This document shows, one piece after another, positions 25,049 to 37,689 of a stretch of DNA of 64,000 nt; within the stretch, counting starts at the first letter, position 1; the number at the start of each line of letters is the position of its first letter. Origin of the DNA: Dicyema japonicum (taxonomy: Eukaryota; Animalia; Dicyemida). The stretch spans positions 699,695 through 763,694 of the forward strand of contig RDEW01000026.1 of the NCBI GenBank assembly GCA_011109175.1, in the 5' to 3' direction. A program made the position numbers and the translations under genes. The notes beneath the pieces are model-generated. The model searched no databases and was not told the origin of the DNA. It saw nothing but the letters and a program-made list of their open reading frames with translations.

Positions 25049-28000
25049 TATTATTATTACAGCACTTATCGCCTTGCCATAATAGTTATAGCAAAGCATG
25101 TGCAATACAAGAAACAATGTTATTAGTTAGCCTCTTCCATCCTCCACGGTTACACGCAGTCGATCTCAGCATGTCCAGATCGTCTCCCGTCTTTAGGCAT
25201 TTCTTCATCCTTTGGAGGTCTTTGTGCAGCATGATAGGTAGGGTCATCCTTGGTCTGCCACGGAAGCATTTGCCCTCGAACATGAAATGGTCCTCCATCG
25301 CCACATTAGCCGGGGCAGCAAGATCCATGCGTAGTACGTGACCAAACAGTCTCCACCGGGCGTCAGTGATTTCCAGGCTTAGAGGCCTACTCTTGCATTT
25401 TTTGTAAATACCGGTATTCGAGATTCTGGCTGGCCACTGCATGCCAAATAATACTCTAAGCTGTTTTCTGTGGAACCCATCGAGAGCCATTGATTCCGCA
25501 CCTGTACAGGCCCAAGTACCAGCATTGTATGTCAGTATCGGTTTCACAAATGCATTGTACATGCGTATCCGCAGATTGACATCTAGTCCTTTCAGCCATT
25601 CCTTTTTGAGTTTTCGCATTGCTACTCCTGCAAGTGTTTTCCTTTTGATGATGTCTTCTGTGTCCCCCAGTAGGGATCCAAGCTTATTAACATGTCGCCA
25701 ACGTTCATTAAGGATGTTGTCCATTCTTTTGATTTCCGTGATTTCCGTTTTGGCCCGGTTAACGATGAGGAACCATTCCCCCAGTTTGTCCGGTGCATTT
25801 TCCAGCAGATGTGTGAGAGCTTCTGTATCCTCGGATATAAAATCCACATCATCCGCGTATACGACTTCGTTTATTTTTCCTTCATAGCAAGTTCTTAGAT
25901 CCTTTAGTGCAGCTTCGAGATATATCACAAATAGTAAGGGGGAGAGGGAGTCTCCCTGAGGAGTGCCGATTGTAGTTTTGAATGGTCGGGATAGAGTTCT
26001 CCCAATTCGGACTGACAGTTCAGTACTTGAGAGAAGTACTCTGATTATCCGTAGCAATGATTGGTCCACAAATTGATGAAGGACAACCATTAGCTTGTGT
26101 CGGCTAATGGTGTCGAAAGCTCTTGACATATCGATCCCCAGGATGGTCGTGGCATTTTTGTATCTTTGAGCCGTTGCACACCGCCACCTGTGGCTCCACA
26201 GAATGTCCGCTGTCGACCTTCCTTCACGAAATCCACTATGGCATGCTGATAGGTAATTTCCTGCAGGATGTTTTAAGCGGTCCAAAGCAACAGATGCAAG
26301 AACTTTTCGTAATGTGTTTAACAATATGACTGGGCGTAGGCTTTCTAGTGGTCCCTTTGGTTTGTTAGGCTTTTGTATAGGTATCAATGTCCCTTTCCCC
26401 AGTGGTAGGACAGAGTTGGATGTAAACATTCCATTTAACAATGTCGCAATGGTTTCGAATAGACGCATAGGTCCATATTTCAGCAGTTCGGGAGGGTTTG
26501 TCTGGTCAGCGCTCCTGTGATTCTTTAGCTTACTGCACGCACTCTGAACTTCCTTAGATGTGATAATTGTTTCCAGCATCCGCGGTTCTCCGATGAAAGG
26601 GGCCAGTTCTTGGCCGTTCGCATTGAACAGTTTTTCAAAATGGGCAGCAATCAATTCGATCTGTTCGTCTGGTTTTAAGATAAGTTTCCCCTTCCCATCC
26701 ATAACATGTACTGTCGCTTTTTTCTTTCCTCGCATTAGTCGGACTGCAGCGAACATTTGTGCATTGTCCTTTAGTTGCTCCAGCTCTCTAAGATGTGATA
26801 GGAAGACATCCTTCGAGTGTTCATTATTAAGCTTCATGATTCTTCTCTTGATAATATTTCGTTCAGTTCGTAGTTTGTTTTTGATATGTATATCCGTCGT
26901 GTTTAGACTCTGTATCCATATTTCTCGTTGTTGTTTTGCCAGTAATAAGGAGTCTGGATGGATGGCCAAGTGACATATTTCCGGTTGTCTGCCGTCTCAC
27001 TCCAAGGTGGGTGTTTGCGGCAAGGCAAATAATGCTTTTGGTCTGATCCCATAGGTCTTGTATAGTCATATTAGCTGGTAATGTATATAGGTGGTTCTCT
27101 ATATGTTTTTGGTAGTTTGTCACCAGCAGCGGCTGAGACCAGAGCTTCTCAGTCATATATACATGGGTATGGTAAGGTGGTAGCGTTTTGCTTAGACTCA
27201 GGTTCTTCCTGCCAATGTAGTATTTCTTCAAGGAGAACTTGCCAATAACCATTTTATGGTCACTATTTATCATCGACCCTCCATAAGAACGGGCATCATT
27301 CAGTAGGTGTTTGTCCTTGGTCCGACAAATGATGTAATCAATTTGATTATAAATATTGACACTTTTGTTTTCCGAGTTCGTTCTATGGCCAGTCCATGTG
27401 CTCCTGTGGCGAGCTGGGTGCATAAAGGCAGTGTTTCCTATGAAAAGATCATTCGCTGACAGAAATTGGCCAGTAGTGTTCCCGGGGTGTTTCTCCACCC
27501 CCGTCCATGCCTGCCGATGAACGATTCCTCTCCAATGCGTCGCATCCAACTTTAGCGTTAAAGTCCCCGGCAATAAATATCAACGACGAAGATTCGTATT
27601 CCGAGTACGTCCTCAATAGTTGACAGTAGAAGTCATCCAGTTCCTCAGGATTTTTCAAAAATCTGCCACTATGTGGAGCATACACGTTAATGACTGTCAT
27701 GTAGCTTTTGGAAGGGCACATGTCATTCATCCTAATTTGCAGAACACTAATCCTGTCGTTGACTTTCCAAAATTGATGTATCCGTGGTACAAGATGTTCA
27801 TGGACTGCGAAACCTTGTCCGTAATGTTTAGACTCACTAGGGAAGAGAATAAGTTTATAGGTTCCATAGTGTTCACAGCATCCATCAGAGACCTTCGTTT
27901 CTTGCAGACATCCGATAGAGACGCGGTACTTGTCTAAATCATCGCACAGTGTTTTCCTTATCCATGTCTTCGAGATCCCCCTGACATTAAACGAGAGTAG

Positions 28001-28087
28001 GTTGAGGCCATCCCATTGAATCTTGTATTTTTCAGACTGCATTTAAAGAGCCACGTTACTAACTCAACCAAAAAATATATAGCTTAT
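25049..28087 (-). mobile_element. Near-intact RTE-clade LINE (APE-RT), full length, with 15-bp target-site duplication
   Basis: ORF pieces 27449-28042 (LSFNVRG, CLQETK, VYAPH, AGDFNAK), 26863-27573 (NQIDYII, SDH) and 25086-26969 (LRPVILL, GFREGRST, DMSRAFD, GTPQGDSLSP, YADD, RWRLFGHVLRM, GRPR); (TAA)n tail; GCTACAATTATAGCT at 25034-25048 and 28088-28102. Confidence 0.93.
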
Positions 28088-28212
28088 GCTACAATTATAG
28101 CTAATAAACAAAAGATCGCTACCCTAACAATAAAGTGAAATTACCATAAAAATATTCAATTTAAATTTGTAATAAAATCAAAATTTAATAAAATAATTTT
28201 TTATAAATTTAA

Positions 28213-28499
28213 ATGAAACGTGTCTTTTTTAACTTGAAGTGGTTATGAAGAAGAATAAGCTTAACAAGAAGAAAATATTTAAGAAAGTAAAACTAAACGA
28301 GAAACGCCCAAGACCTAATCACATGGTTAAACCAAAAATGAGGGTAACTTATTTGTAACCACATCAGTCGGCCATGACGCTGAAAATGAGTGAAGAACTA
28401 AACAATCAGTTCAAAGATATCTCCTACAAAATAAGCCCAAAAGACGTCTACCGACGAAGAATATATTTCAAACAAATTTATAAATTAATAATTATTTAA
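28213..28499 (+). CDS. Putative small Lys/Arg-rich orphan protein (~80 aa) with two micro-introns
   Basis: ATG 28213; introns 28220-28239 (20 nt) and 28344-28367 (24 nt, with in-frame TAA); MKLVMKKNKLNKKKIFKKVKLNEKRPRPNHMVKPKMR|SAMTLKMSEELNNQFKDISYKISPK...; C-terminal frame uncertain. Confidence 0.42.
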
Positions 28500-28530
28500 T
28501 TTAATAAAATTTTGTTTCTATTGTTGTTGT

Positions 28531-29745
28531 ATGCTCAAATTTAAAGATTTTCTCACCAAATCACGAGAATTGCTTAAAAACCCACATAAAACGTGCAAAA
28601 TTCACTTTATCGTCGGAAATGAGTCCTGTGACCTGGATTCCGTGACTTCGGCAGTCTCTCTAGCCTACTATTATGCTGTAACTTATTCATAATTAGTTTA
28701 GTGCACAGAGTCCTCTTGGTTCTTTATTCCAGTCTGCAATTTGAACCTAAGTGATCTTAGTAGCAGAACTGAAGTAATTTACTACTACGAGAAACACGGA
28801 ATAGATCGGTCTCTCCTTGTTTGCCGTGATGAATGCCATTTTGACATTGACTATTCAAACTTTAGGGTCACATTGGTGGACCACAATTCCCCTGTTGGAT
28901 TTTCTTCTCAATTCTCTCGCTTTCATAATATATATGACCATCACCAAATATGCAATCGACACGTGATTAGCCAAGTATCGGGGGAAGTAATTATTCGCTC
29001 AGTTGGGTCCTGTTCTACGCTGATAGCCCAATTTCTTTTGGGATTGGATTATTTGGATTTCACTGTGGCCAACATTTTGTACGGTTGAGGGTTCTTTGAT
29101 TGCCAGGTACAATCCTGCTTGACTGTGGGTTCAAATCAACGGAGGTTAGCCTAAAAGGAACTCCCGAGGATTTGGAGATTATCAGTCGATTGGAGACATT
29201 GTTGGACTGCAGTCCTCATCAAAGACATGTGGTTACTCAGGAATTGTGGGATGTTAAGTGTGATTTGTCTAGTATTGCCTCATTTCACGGATTAGGGTTA
29301 ACGGTGGACCAAATTCTTAGTAAAGACTCCAAGGAGATTCAGTCCATAAGCAAGAGCCACGTGTGTGCTGTCCCCATGAAACTTTCCGTTGCCAGGATTT
29401 GTTAGTCTAGAATTTAATGGAGATTTTGGGCCATTTCGAGATCGACAAGCATTCTCAAGCATGTAGTCTGGACTTTTTGGTAATTCTTCCTTATTTTTTC
29501 GGATCAACGGGGTTCACTCGATGGATTATAGTGCACAATATTCACGGAAATCGACGAAAGAAGGTGATGAGTATTTTGACAATTAGTTTATCTCTGAATT
29601 GTGTGGACAGTCTCAGCTAGGGTTGGAGTTTGTAAGAGAATACGAGACCTTCACTGTGTTCCACCAAAAAGCAAGCAATTTATCTCGAAAACAGCTTCTC
29701 CCACTGTTTACTGATATAATTAGTAATATTGACAATCTTATTTAA
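28531..29745 (+). CDS. PRUNE1: Exopolyphosphatase PRUNE (DHH family)
   Basis: FIVGNESCDLDS (motif I), VTLVDHN, IYDHH, SVGSCSTLI, GTILLD, ILSKDSK, C-terminal SRKQLLP; several short GT-AG introns. Confidence 0.92.
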
Positions 29746-29799
29746 CCCACGTGACTAACAATTTTGTCATATATTGTATTACAGTTTAATTCATTTCTC

Positions 29800-30290
29800 C
29801 GTGACTTTTACCTGTAAATTGTCTTTATGCTCATCATGTTAAATACGTTTATTGCACAATTTTGCTTCAGAATCAGATTATGTCGATATATCACAAGCCT
29901 CCACTGTAAGCAACACGAAGAAGATTGGATAACCACCAGAAACAACTGTTGCAAGATGGGGTATTTGTTTAGGTGCACAAAAATACTACTCTGTATTTCC
30001 TTATAGTTTGCATATTGAGGCTACGGAATTCTTGTGATTAAAGTAAGGATTATAAATTATTTTAGGCAAAAGAATCTATATTATGCACTCTTTGAAAGTG
30101 ACTATTGCAGTAATAATCGAATTTAGCTATTGTTATAATTAGTTGAGAGTTTTCAGCTTGTACAATTGGAAATAAAAGAATTAATAATAAGAGATTATCC
30201 GAAAATTATATATGCACATTACTAAGTGTTTGTGAGAGCAATCAAATTTTTCGCAGAAAAGCATTAAAGTCACATTTATGTGTAATAGTT
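29800..30290 (+). pseudogene. Highly decayed hAT-like transposase relic
   Basis: PPETTVARWGICLGAQKYY resembles the PPEPVITRWGTW..A..YY motif of some hAT transposases; the rest is heavily disrupted. Confidence 0.35.
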
Positions 30291-30539
30291 TTTACTTATC
30301 CGTAATAACATTATATTACTTTTTTAGACCTTGTGAACTCTAATGAAATTAATCTTCTAAACTCTGATAAGTAAAATTAACAAATTCCTCTATACTCTGA
30401 TAACTTATTCTCCCAGGTATGATGTTTCCCTATTTCCTATCAAGCCTAGTAATAGCCCATTTCCTATAAAATAGAATAATTCCCCTTATCAAAATAACCA
30501 TCAATAAATATATCAAAATAATCACAAATCCTTAGGCAA

Positions 30540-31907
30540 TCATACCCGGAGTTGACTATAATTCCCTATAAAACTACCTCTTTCTTCAATCTCCACTCAC
30601 TACATCTCCCCCTACAATAACAGCCACAAATACCAGTTCATCTCAAAGTATCGGTTTTCTACACTGTGCACAGCTACAATAACAACTACTTTCAACTTGT
30701 TCTCAGTTTCCGTCTACTGATACAGTACAACGACTGCATCACCACCAACCCAAAAAGCGCGAAACCAACCCCCATAAATACCCATGTGAATCGGTTCAAT
30801 TTCCCCCGAAGCTTTGACAAGTGAGGACCTCCCACACCATGAGACCCATGTGACTCATTTTCTACATGAATCATAGAAACCAACTAATGTCGATTCTGAT
30901 CACCCTGGAGTCCATGGAGATTGAATTGGAGACATCACAACCCACCATCACAAATTCCGCCCCGGAAGATACCTGACTCCGTTGAATCGTCACCGTAGAA
31001 AAGATTGAGCTCAACGGAATCCGTTTTTTCCCTTCAATGTACCACGTGTAGAAAACATCCACGGGAAACTGATGGAAGTCGATAAGACAAGTCAACTGAA
31101 TGGAGTCACTCATCACAAAGTCTCCAGTGGGGGACTCTATCCTAGTAATAAGCACGGGGGCTGGTAGTGAGTTAACCGAAAACCATAAATAGTTTGATTA
31201 AGAGTCCACTGTTTCATCGCATACCCATATTGTAGGGTGACCTGACAAGAAAGGTTCTGTCCTCCCAAATATCGCTTAATGTTCAGCCGAAGGACCGACT
31301 CTCCCTTGGAAGGACATCCCTCAGTCCTCCGACTTTCCTTCGCCGTCAACAATATCCCTCCCAGGCTCCATACGTGAGTAACATTAGGAGTTACACTCTC
31401 ATGTTGTTTATTGGCGAACAGGAGGGAGGCGACTAAATTATACGTCTTGTCCGTTAATAGTTTGGTGGGGGACAGTGAGGGACCCGCGGAATCTTACATA
31501 AATGGGCACATGGTACCGTAAACAATGAGGTAGTAATTCTCAATGTAGTGGTGGGTGGAATTGAGCTTAGAAAAAATCAGGTACTCTCCAGAGTAGCTAA
31601 GTCGGACGGCCCTAAGTCTGAGTTTCTTGCTCTTCTTGTTTTTCTTATGTCTGATTCCAACTAAATATGGGATATCTTTTTGGACAATCTCGTTCATTTC
31701 GCATGACTTAACAATGACTTGGACCACTTCATCATGATCGGTTATCTCAAATTCTGATTCTCCTGTGGGAGCAATGTTGTATGTGTAAGTAGCTACATAT
31801 TTTGTGGGCTGGATCCTCTCTAGAAATGCTTAAAAACATATACGGGGGAAGATTATGAGGAAAATTATCCACAGGTAGTTATTCTTTTTGTAGTAACAAT
31901 TTGCCAT
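30540..31907 (-). CDS. Immunoglobulin-superfamily type I membrane protein (signal peptide, ~3 Ig-like domains, TM, short tail)
   Basis: ATG 31907 with hydrophobic leader; phase-1 micro-introns between domains; Ig-type motifs LRLRAVRLSYSGEY, VTHVWSL...NLSCQV, IQLTCLI..YTWYIEG..VGCDVSN; TM FTWVFMGVGFALFGLVVMQSLYCI then RRK; 3' end approximate. Confidence 0.72.
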
Positions 31908-33464
31908 AGTGAAATACGCAAAGATAAATTTGAATTTAAATTTATCTATTGTTAATTCTGATAATTTTTTACTTTTAAATTGTGTTTTTTAATTACTAAA
32001 AATATATTTATTTATCAAAAAATTAATTTTTCAAATACCAATCATTCTTTTTAACAATCGATTACCACAAAGATAAACAAAACAGACAAAGCTATCAACA
32101 AATTCTTAATACTGATGCATTCCTAACGTACATAGTTACCACGACAACGTGTCTTTTTGTCAACAAATTTCTTACTATTCTTATAAATCTAAACGCCAAA
32201 TGAAATTTTGTTTAATATGACACGTGTGTGCTTAATGTGTAAATTAAGAACTATCGGATCTTACTCTCTTATAAATGCTTCTATTTTGCTTGTTTTATTT
32301 AATTTTTTTTACTATTTTGACATTGGAATGTTTAAAGTGTATTATGTTTTATTTATTATAATGATTTTAATGAAAATTATTGTAATGAGACATATTTACG
32401 TTATCAACTCATTTTTCTAACCTCAGTGACGATAACGACTAAATTTTATTAGCTTTAATAGAATTCCTTTATAATGTTTCAAACGTAGAACGACATTGCG
32501 GTTGATATCCTAGTGTTTCCAGAGTGAAAGAGAAAAGTCTATTGTGGATCGTTTTCTAGTCCAGAACGACAGTAAAGAGTCTGTTATGAGTCATGAAATA
32601 TATTATGTTAAAAAGATCTCGTTAAATTGTGAATGGTAAGTTAGAATAATTGTTTACTTAATTTAGAAAGCATATAATTGTCACATTTGATTTCCGCAAA
32701 CTGTGTAATCAAGCATCGGAGTTGAGTAGTTAGAAAGTGGACTTATGTTGATTAAGATGATCTATTGATGCAACTCATATAGAAGTTTAGAACCGTGATT
32801 TTTACACTGCGAACAGGCATACAAATTATATACTTTATAATAAAGATTTTAATGATGACTTGATTGTCCTGAGAGCCTTATAAGTTATGTTAAAATTATA
32901 TTAGAAATCACGTAGCTCTATAATTTTCCATTAATACGGAATAATTGAAAACGAAAAACTCTGTTTAATGGTCATTTTAGGATGTAAATTGGTTTTTAAA
33001 AGATAATGCAAATATATAGATATTGCAAATATTGACATAATAGGTCTGTCCATGTCTCTACACTGACAAATGCAACAAATATGTGAGAACTGTTTCATGA
33101 ACGAAAGTGAAGACATTAGAAATCTAAAATATTGTATATGAAAGAATATTTTTAATTAAAGCAAAAGTCTACAAAGTTTTTATACTCAATTTCATGCAAT
33201 AATCTGTTTACAATATCACAACTAATTATGACCACCAATCATATCAAACTCGTGTCCCATAATCCAACCTCATTAACATTTGACAAGAAATTCTAGTATG
33301 AAATGTTAGCAATAAACGATAAACAAGAGGTCAAAACGGATCATATTTCTCATAATATACGCATGGACAGATTCAAAACTGAACAAATGGATGTAATATC
33401 AATTTGTCAAGTCAATACAACTAAATCAAAGATATTAAACCCTCACACAATTCCTATGACATCC

Positions 33465-36400
33465 TCATGTGAGGATCTCTTGCAAAAAATAAAAATTACA
33501 AAATTTATTAACAAAGTATAGAACACACATAATCACAGTCACTACAAAAATAACCATAAAAACAAAAAATCCTAATCTCCCAACAGAAAACCCATCATTC
33601 ATCGACTCCAAACGCACGACGGGCCACCTCCTTTGCTTCTCATTGTACTTCAACATCCTAAATAAGCCGAAATAATACAATCCAGAAGAATTCCTAGCAG
33701 ACTCTAGCATATTCACAATACTTCCACAACCACGATTCTTCATGTACATATAAGGGAGATTCTCACAGCCTTCAATTCACCATCACTTTTACTTTTACAC
33801 TCAATCACAGAATTATTAACAAAAGTCGACATGTGGGGAGCCTTAAAGTCGGCTAGCAGGGACTGGTTCTCGACTTGTTCGGAAAGAGCATGGGAGATTA
33901 TCGAGGAGACCAAAAGAAGGCAGTTATCCTCACTGCATGAGACCACAACCAACCCAAGGAGATCCTCGAAGCAGGAAGAATCCCCCAAAACGGAAACGAG
34001 TCCACCGACCCTCACATATCCAGAAATATAGTAGTCCATCCGTCTCTCTAAGTTTCCATTTCCATGATTATCTGCCAATTACCGGATTCACACCTTTGTT
34101 AAACAGAGGAACTGATAGGACCCTTCCATTTGCAGGAAACCGCACAATCGGCACTCCTCCGTCAACATAAACTATACATTACGAAAAAACGGTACCCCGA
34201 TTTCCTCCAAGAGTGAAAGAACCGTAAAGTGTCCCGATCCTTAATAAAAACAACCACAACCCAAAAGCTATCCCGAATGGCTCAAGAAGTCTATTCAAAG
34301 CTGGGACATTCGAACCCCCAACAACTAGAGATCTGGGAATAACTACTAAAATTACGGAAAGAGATCCCACAGTGCACCAAGTCGATCATCACTGTACCAG
34401 TTCGCAACCACGAAAAGATTTAGTCCCTTCTCCACACTCTCCCTCACAAGTTTGACCTCCACAGAATCAAAGTTATCCTCAGGGTCCACAATCATCAGCA
34501 TCCCTACCATATTCCGGTAAAATCACCATAATCCGTTAATTTCACGGCCTCACAGTCCAATCTAGTGGCTAAACTCAAAGCACGGAATACCTAGCACATC
34601 CATAAAATACCCCTCCGATCTTAACGCGGCAAAGAGTCCTCTATAGTTTGTATAAATGCTGTCCCCGAGCCTAAATGACCACAAGCGTAACCAATCAAAA
34701 TGATTCTTTCGTTCAAAAAGGGAGTCCGACGGAATGGGGAATGACGAAATGCTGTGAAATTGGTCCCAAAGTATTCGCTTCCTAAATTGAGTCAATAGGC
34801 TGCACTTCTTGGGCGGAGGAGAAACAATGGAGAGCCTTATGGGGAGGATGGTCTGAGAAACCATGTTCCCGGATGAAGACTAGGTTGAAATAACGAAAAA
34901 CCAGCGTTTCGACATCAAATAAAATGGCTCCTTCCACGATTCCGTGAGTGTCCCAGACTCCATGCAACACGGAGACTCCCACCGCAAAATACCCAAAATA
35001 GGGATAAATAATCTCCAAATAGTCCACATTCACTGATATTAACCACCCATTGTCAGTAGAGTACTCCCAAATTGGCTATTTTACATATTTTCTCAAACCT
35101 GGGAGATTATTCGGCTGGTGGGACTGATTCCGTTGACAAATGTGACCTGACTAGTTATAAGGAGCTACATTTATGAAGACACGTGGACTGCCAACATAGA
35201 TGGGCTGAAAACATAGCTCAGTCATGTAAGGACAGTCAGTCCAGTCGATATAGGCAGGATAGAGACTCACTTTCCGTGGGAAATCACGAACAAGTCGATG
35301 GGCCTCCGTCAAATTAAAAACTCCCGCCCCCTGTTCCGTGATTCCGCAATCTGGCATAGGAGTGGAAGCTTCAATTAACAGTTGTCTAGCACTTCCAGGG
35401 TTCATGACCACGTGTGTTGACGAAAACCTAAAAATTATAAAATTTGAGTACAAAAGAGACAAGCAACCGGTAATCACGGCAGCAGAAACACTAGTTCCGC
35501 TCAATTTGGTGGTTGGCGACCTACTGTTAAAAGCCAAATGACCCTATCCCTCCCCCAAAGATGTCTTCTCCATAAGTGACCACATCTGGTTTGTATCTTC
35601 CAGTCCCCCATGGGAGTTCCTGGCAATAACTTAGAAAATGAACCAATGTGGTCAGTCCGCGTGATGAAAACGAGGATATTTTTCCGTTAACGCCGATACT
35701 GCCAACACTGATCACTTCCGCAAGATCCGCAGGACTGTTGTTGCTTCTGCAAGTAATCAATAAACTAACCCAAACACGGGACCGTCATTTCCGGTTGCGC
35801 TAACAACAGTGACTCCATTAGCGATCAGTTCTTTCACCTACTTTCATGTAAGGCCTCAACCTTGTCAGTGAAGGGTCTATCCGATAAGTCCAGTCCTCCA
35901 ATGCTAAGGTTGATGATGTCAACGCCATAGGAAAGGGCGTAGTTAAAGGCGTCGAGAAACCACCCTGTATTTGAGGCCTGTATCATAAAGACCCCTAACC
36001 TGTCTCATGTCGAAGACTTTCATAACCAAAATTTGAGCCTCTGGAGCTACGGACACGTGTCGTCCACCGATGAGCCCTGCTATGAAGGTCCCGTGTCCGT
36101 TTACTAGGAATAATTACTCTCCAATACAGTCACGTGTGGTCCTCTCGTTTGTCCAATCGATTGAATCAATAATTCCACCTTTTCGGAAGATTACGTGTTT
36201 TTCTGTGATCCCGGTATCAAAAACCGCGACCTTAACCCCTTTTCCTACGGATTCAGGTACCTAAAGTACCAGTTATCCCCTTATCCCATAATTTGTCAGC
36301 TTCTATGAGTTTTGTGACGTCATAACCAAAATCAGATGATTTTTCGGAGTCGTGTAATAAGGGAATCACCTTTCTGATTTTATAGCCAAACTGAGGGGAA

Positions 36401-36685
36401 ATGTATTTTACTGGGAGACGAATGTCAATATCAACGTGGTTTTTAAGCTAAAATGTTAGCAATTAGTACGCAAAGATGATCAAAGTCGTTGAAGAGAGGG
36501 TCTGACTGGTTGTTATGGGGTTCAATCCTCCAGTCTTTGATGCTGAGAAAAAGTCGTTTTATTATTTTATGGCGGAACTCTGATGAGAAGTAGCCGTCGA
36601 ATTTGATTATATATGGGAGAGAACAGAGGTTGGGTGATAATATTATATTTGCAAGGCCTAAAAGAGCCACAAAAACTAAAATCAT
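33465..36685 (-). CDS. MBTPS1: Membrane-bound transcription factor site-1 protease (subtilisin/kexin isozyme-1)
   Basis: Signal peptide; VKVAVFDTG (Asp), NGHGTFIAG (His), [44 protein letters not shown] (Ser), [32 protein letters not shown]; C-terminal TM; many micro-introns. Confidence 0.95.
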
Positions 36686-36782
36686 AAAAATAGAAGCAAA
36701 TTTCGTTAAATGCGATAAAATAATTTTAAAATTATTTTGATTTTATATAAATAATTTTCCGCATTCATTAGTTAGTTTATAG

Positions 36783-37100
36783 GTCTTCACGCTCTTTCCT
36801 GCCGGAGGAATGCTGGAAGGAGTCCCAGACACGCCGCAATCAACGGTGTTATTGCTTGGGGACTTGAGGTTCTGCTTCGGAGAAGGCTGAGATTCTAAAG
36901 TTAAAGAAATACATATGTCTTGGTGGAATCGTCAGGAATTTTAGGAAGCAGGTCACTGATCCTACTAAACAGAATCTGTTTGCTCATCGCGAAGAGGAAG
37001 AATGATCGGAGAGAAAGGAGGTGGCTTATTGAGCGCATTTCCTTGCAAATCGTCAGAGGAAATGCGATCTCAATTATAAGAGCAGCCAGCAGTTGTTAAC
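36783..37100 (+). mobile_element. CRE-clade retroelement fragment (internally deleted)
   Basis: Near-identical to 16174-16252 (GLHAL.CRR.AGRS.RH.AINGVIAW), then the C-terminal WL..RISLQIVRGNAISI. Confidence 0.65.
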
Positions 37101-37271
37101 TGTTACTTTTTTGCTAAATAAAGTTTTCTTTGTTAAAATTTTTACTGGTTATCTCATATTCATCATTAATGATTATTAATCACAGAATGTTGCTTAAAAT
37201 TTAATTCGTAGAATCCTTTTTGACTGTGATCTCATTAGCATGCGACTGAAGTAAGGTTTGGTGAGATTAAA

Positions 37272-37460
37272 GGCCGGGTAGCCCAGTCAGTGTAAGGAGT
37301 GCCGGGCAAAGGCCTGATGGCCCATAGTTCGAATCTCGCTGCTGTACGTTCCGACTGAAAATTACACTCATTTACGATAATTTGGCCTGACGAGTCGCTA
37401 TCAATGAACATCCCACTAGGGAACCGGATCGTTTACAAAAGGACCCACACCCTACAAAAA
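37272..37460 (+). mobile_element. tRNA-derived SINE-like element or tRNA pseudogene
   Basis: A-box-like TAGCCCAGTCAG and B-box AGTTCGAATC (37326-37335) at tRNA spacing; no proper acceptor stem; a GC-richer body continues to an A-rich end. Confidence 0.45.
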
Positions 37461-37689
37461 GAATTGAAGCGCATTCCTTGGTTCTGCATAATCGATAAGT
37501 TACGATAACTTTACTTAAATAAAGTGTCCTCCTGAGCGGAGTTATAGCTATGTGTATAAGTGCAGTATTATTACCATCAATAAGGAGACATAATACTCAT
37601 AACTCCGCATTCCTTTTAGATAATCTGATTATGTATTTACTGATGAAGGTGTCGATCGTTAAACTTGTAAATGAGTGAAATTTTCATGC

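Noticed and set aside
24820-26973. Long plus-strand ORFs antisense to the RTE/LINE-A (24820-25341, 25441-25887, 26560-26973)
   Set aside because: Shadow ORFs of the coding strand; no independent coding signal.
32440-32800. Merlin/ISXO2-like transposase relic (also ~10560-10900)
   Set aside because: Only vague motif echoes across multiple stops; not supportable by eye.
37272-37345. Functional tRNA gene
   Set aside because: A/B boxes are present but the acceptor and anticodon stems do not pair properly.
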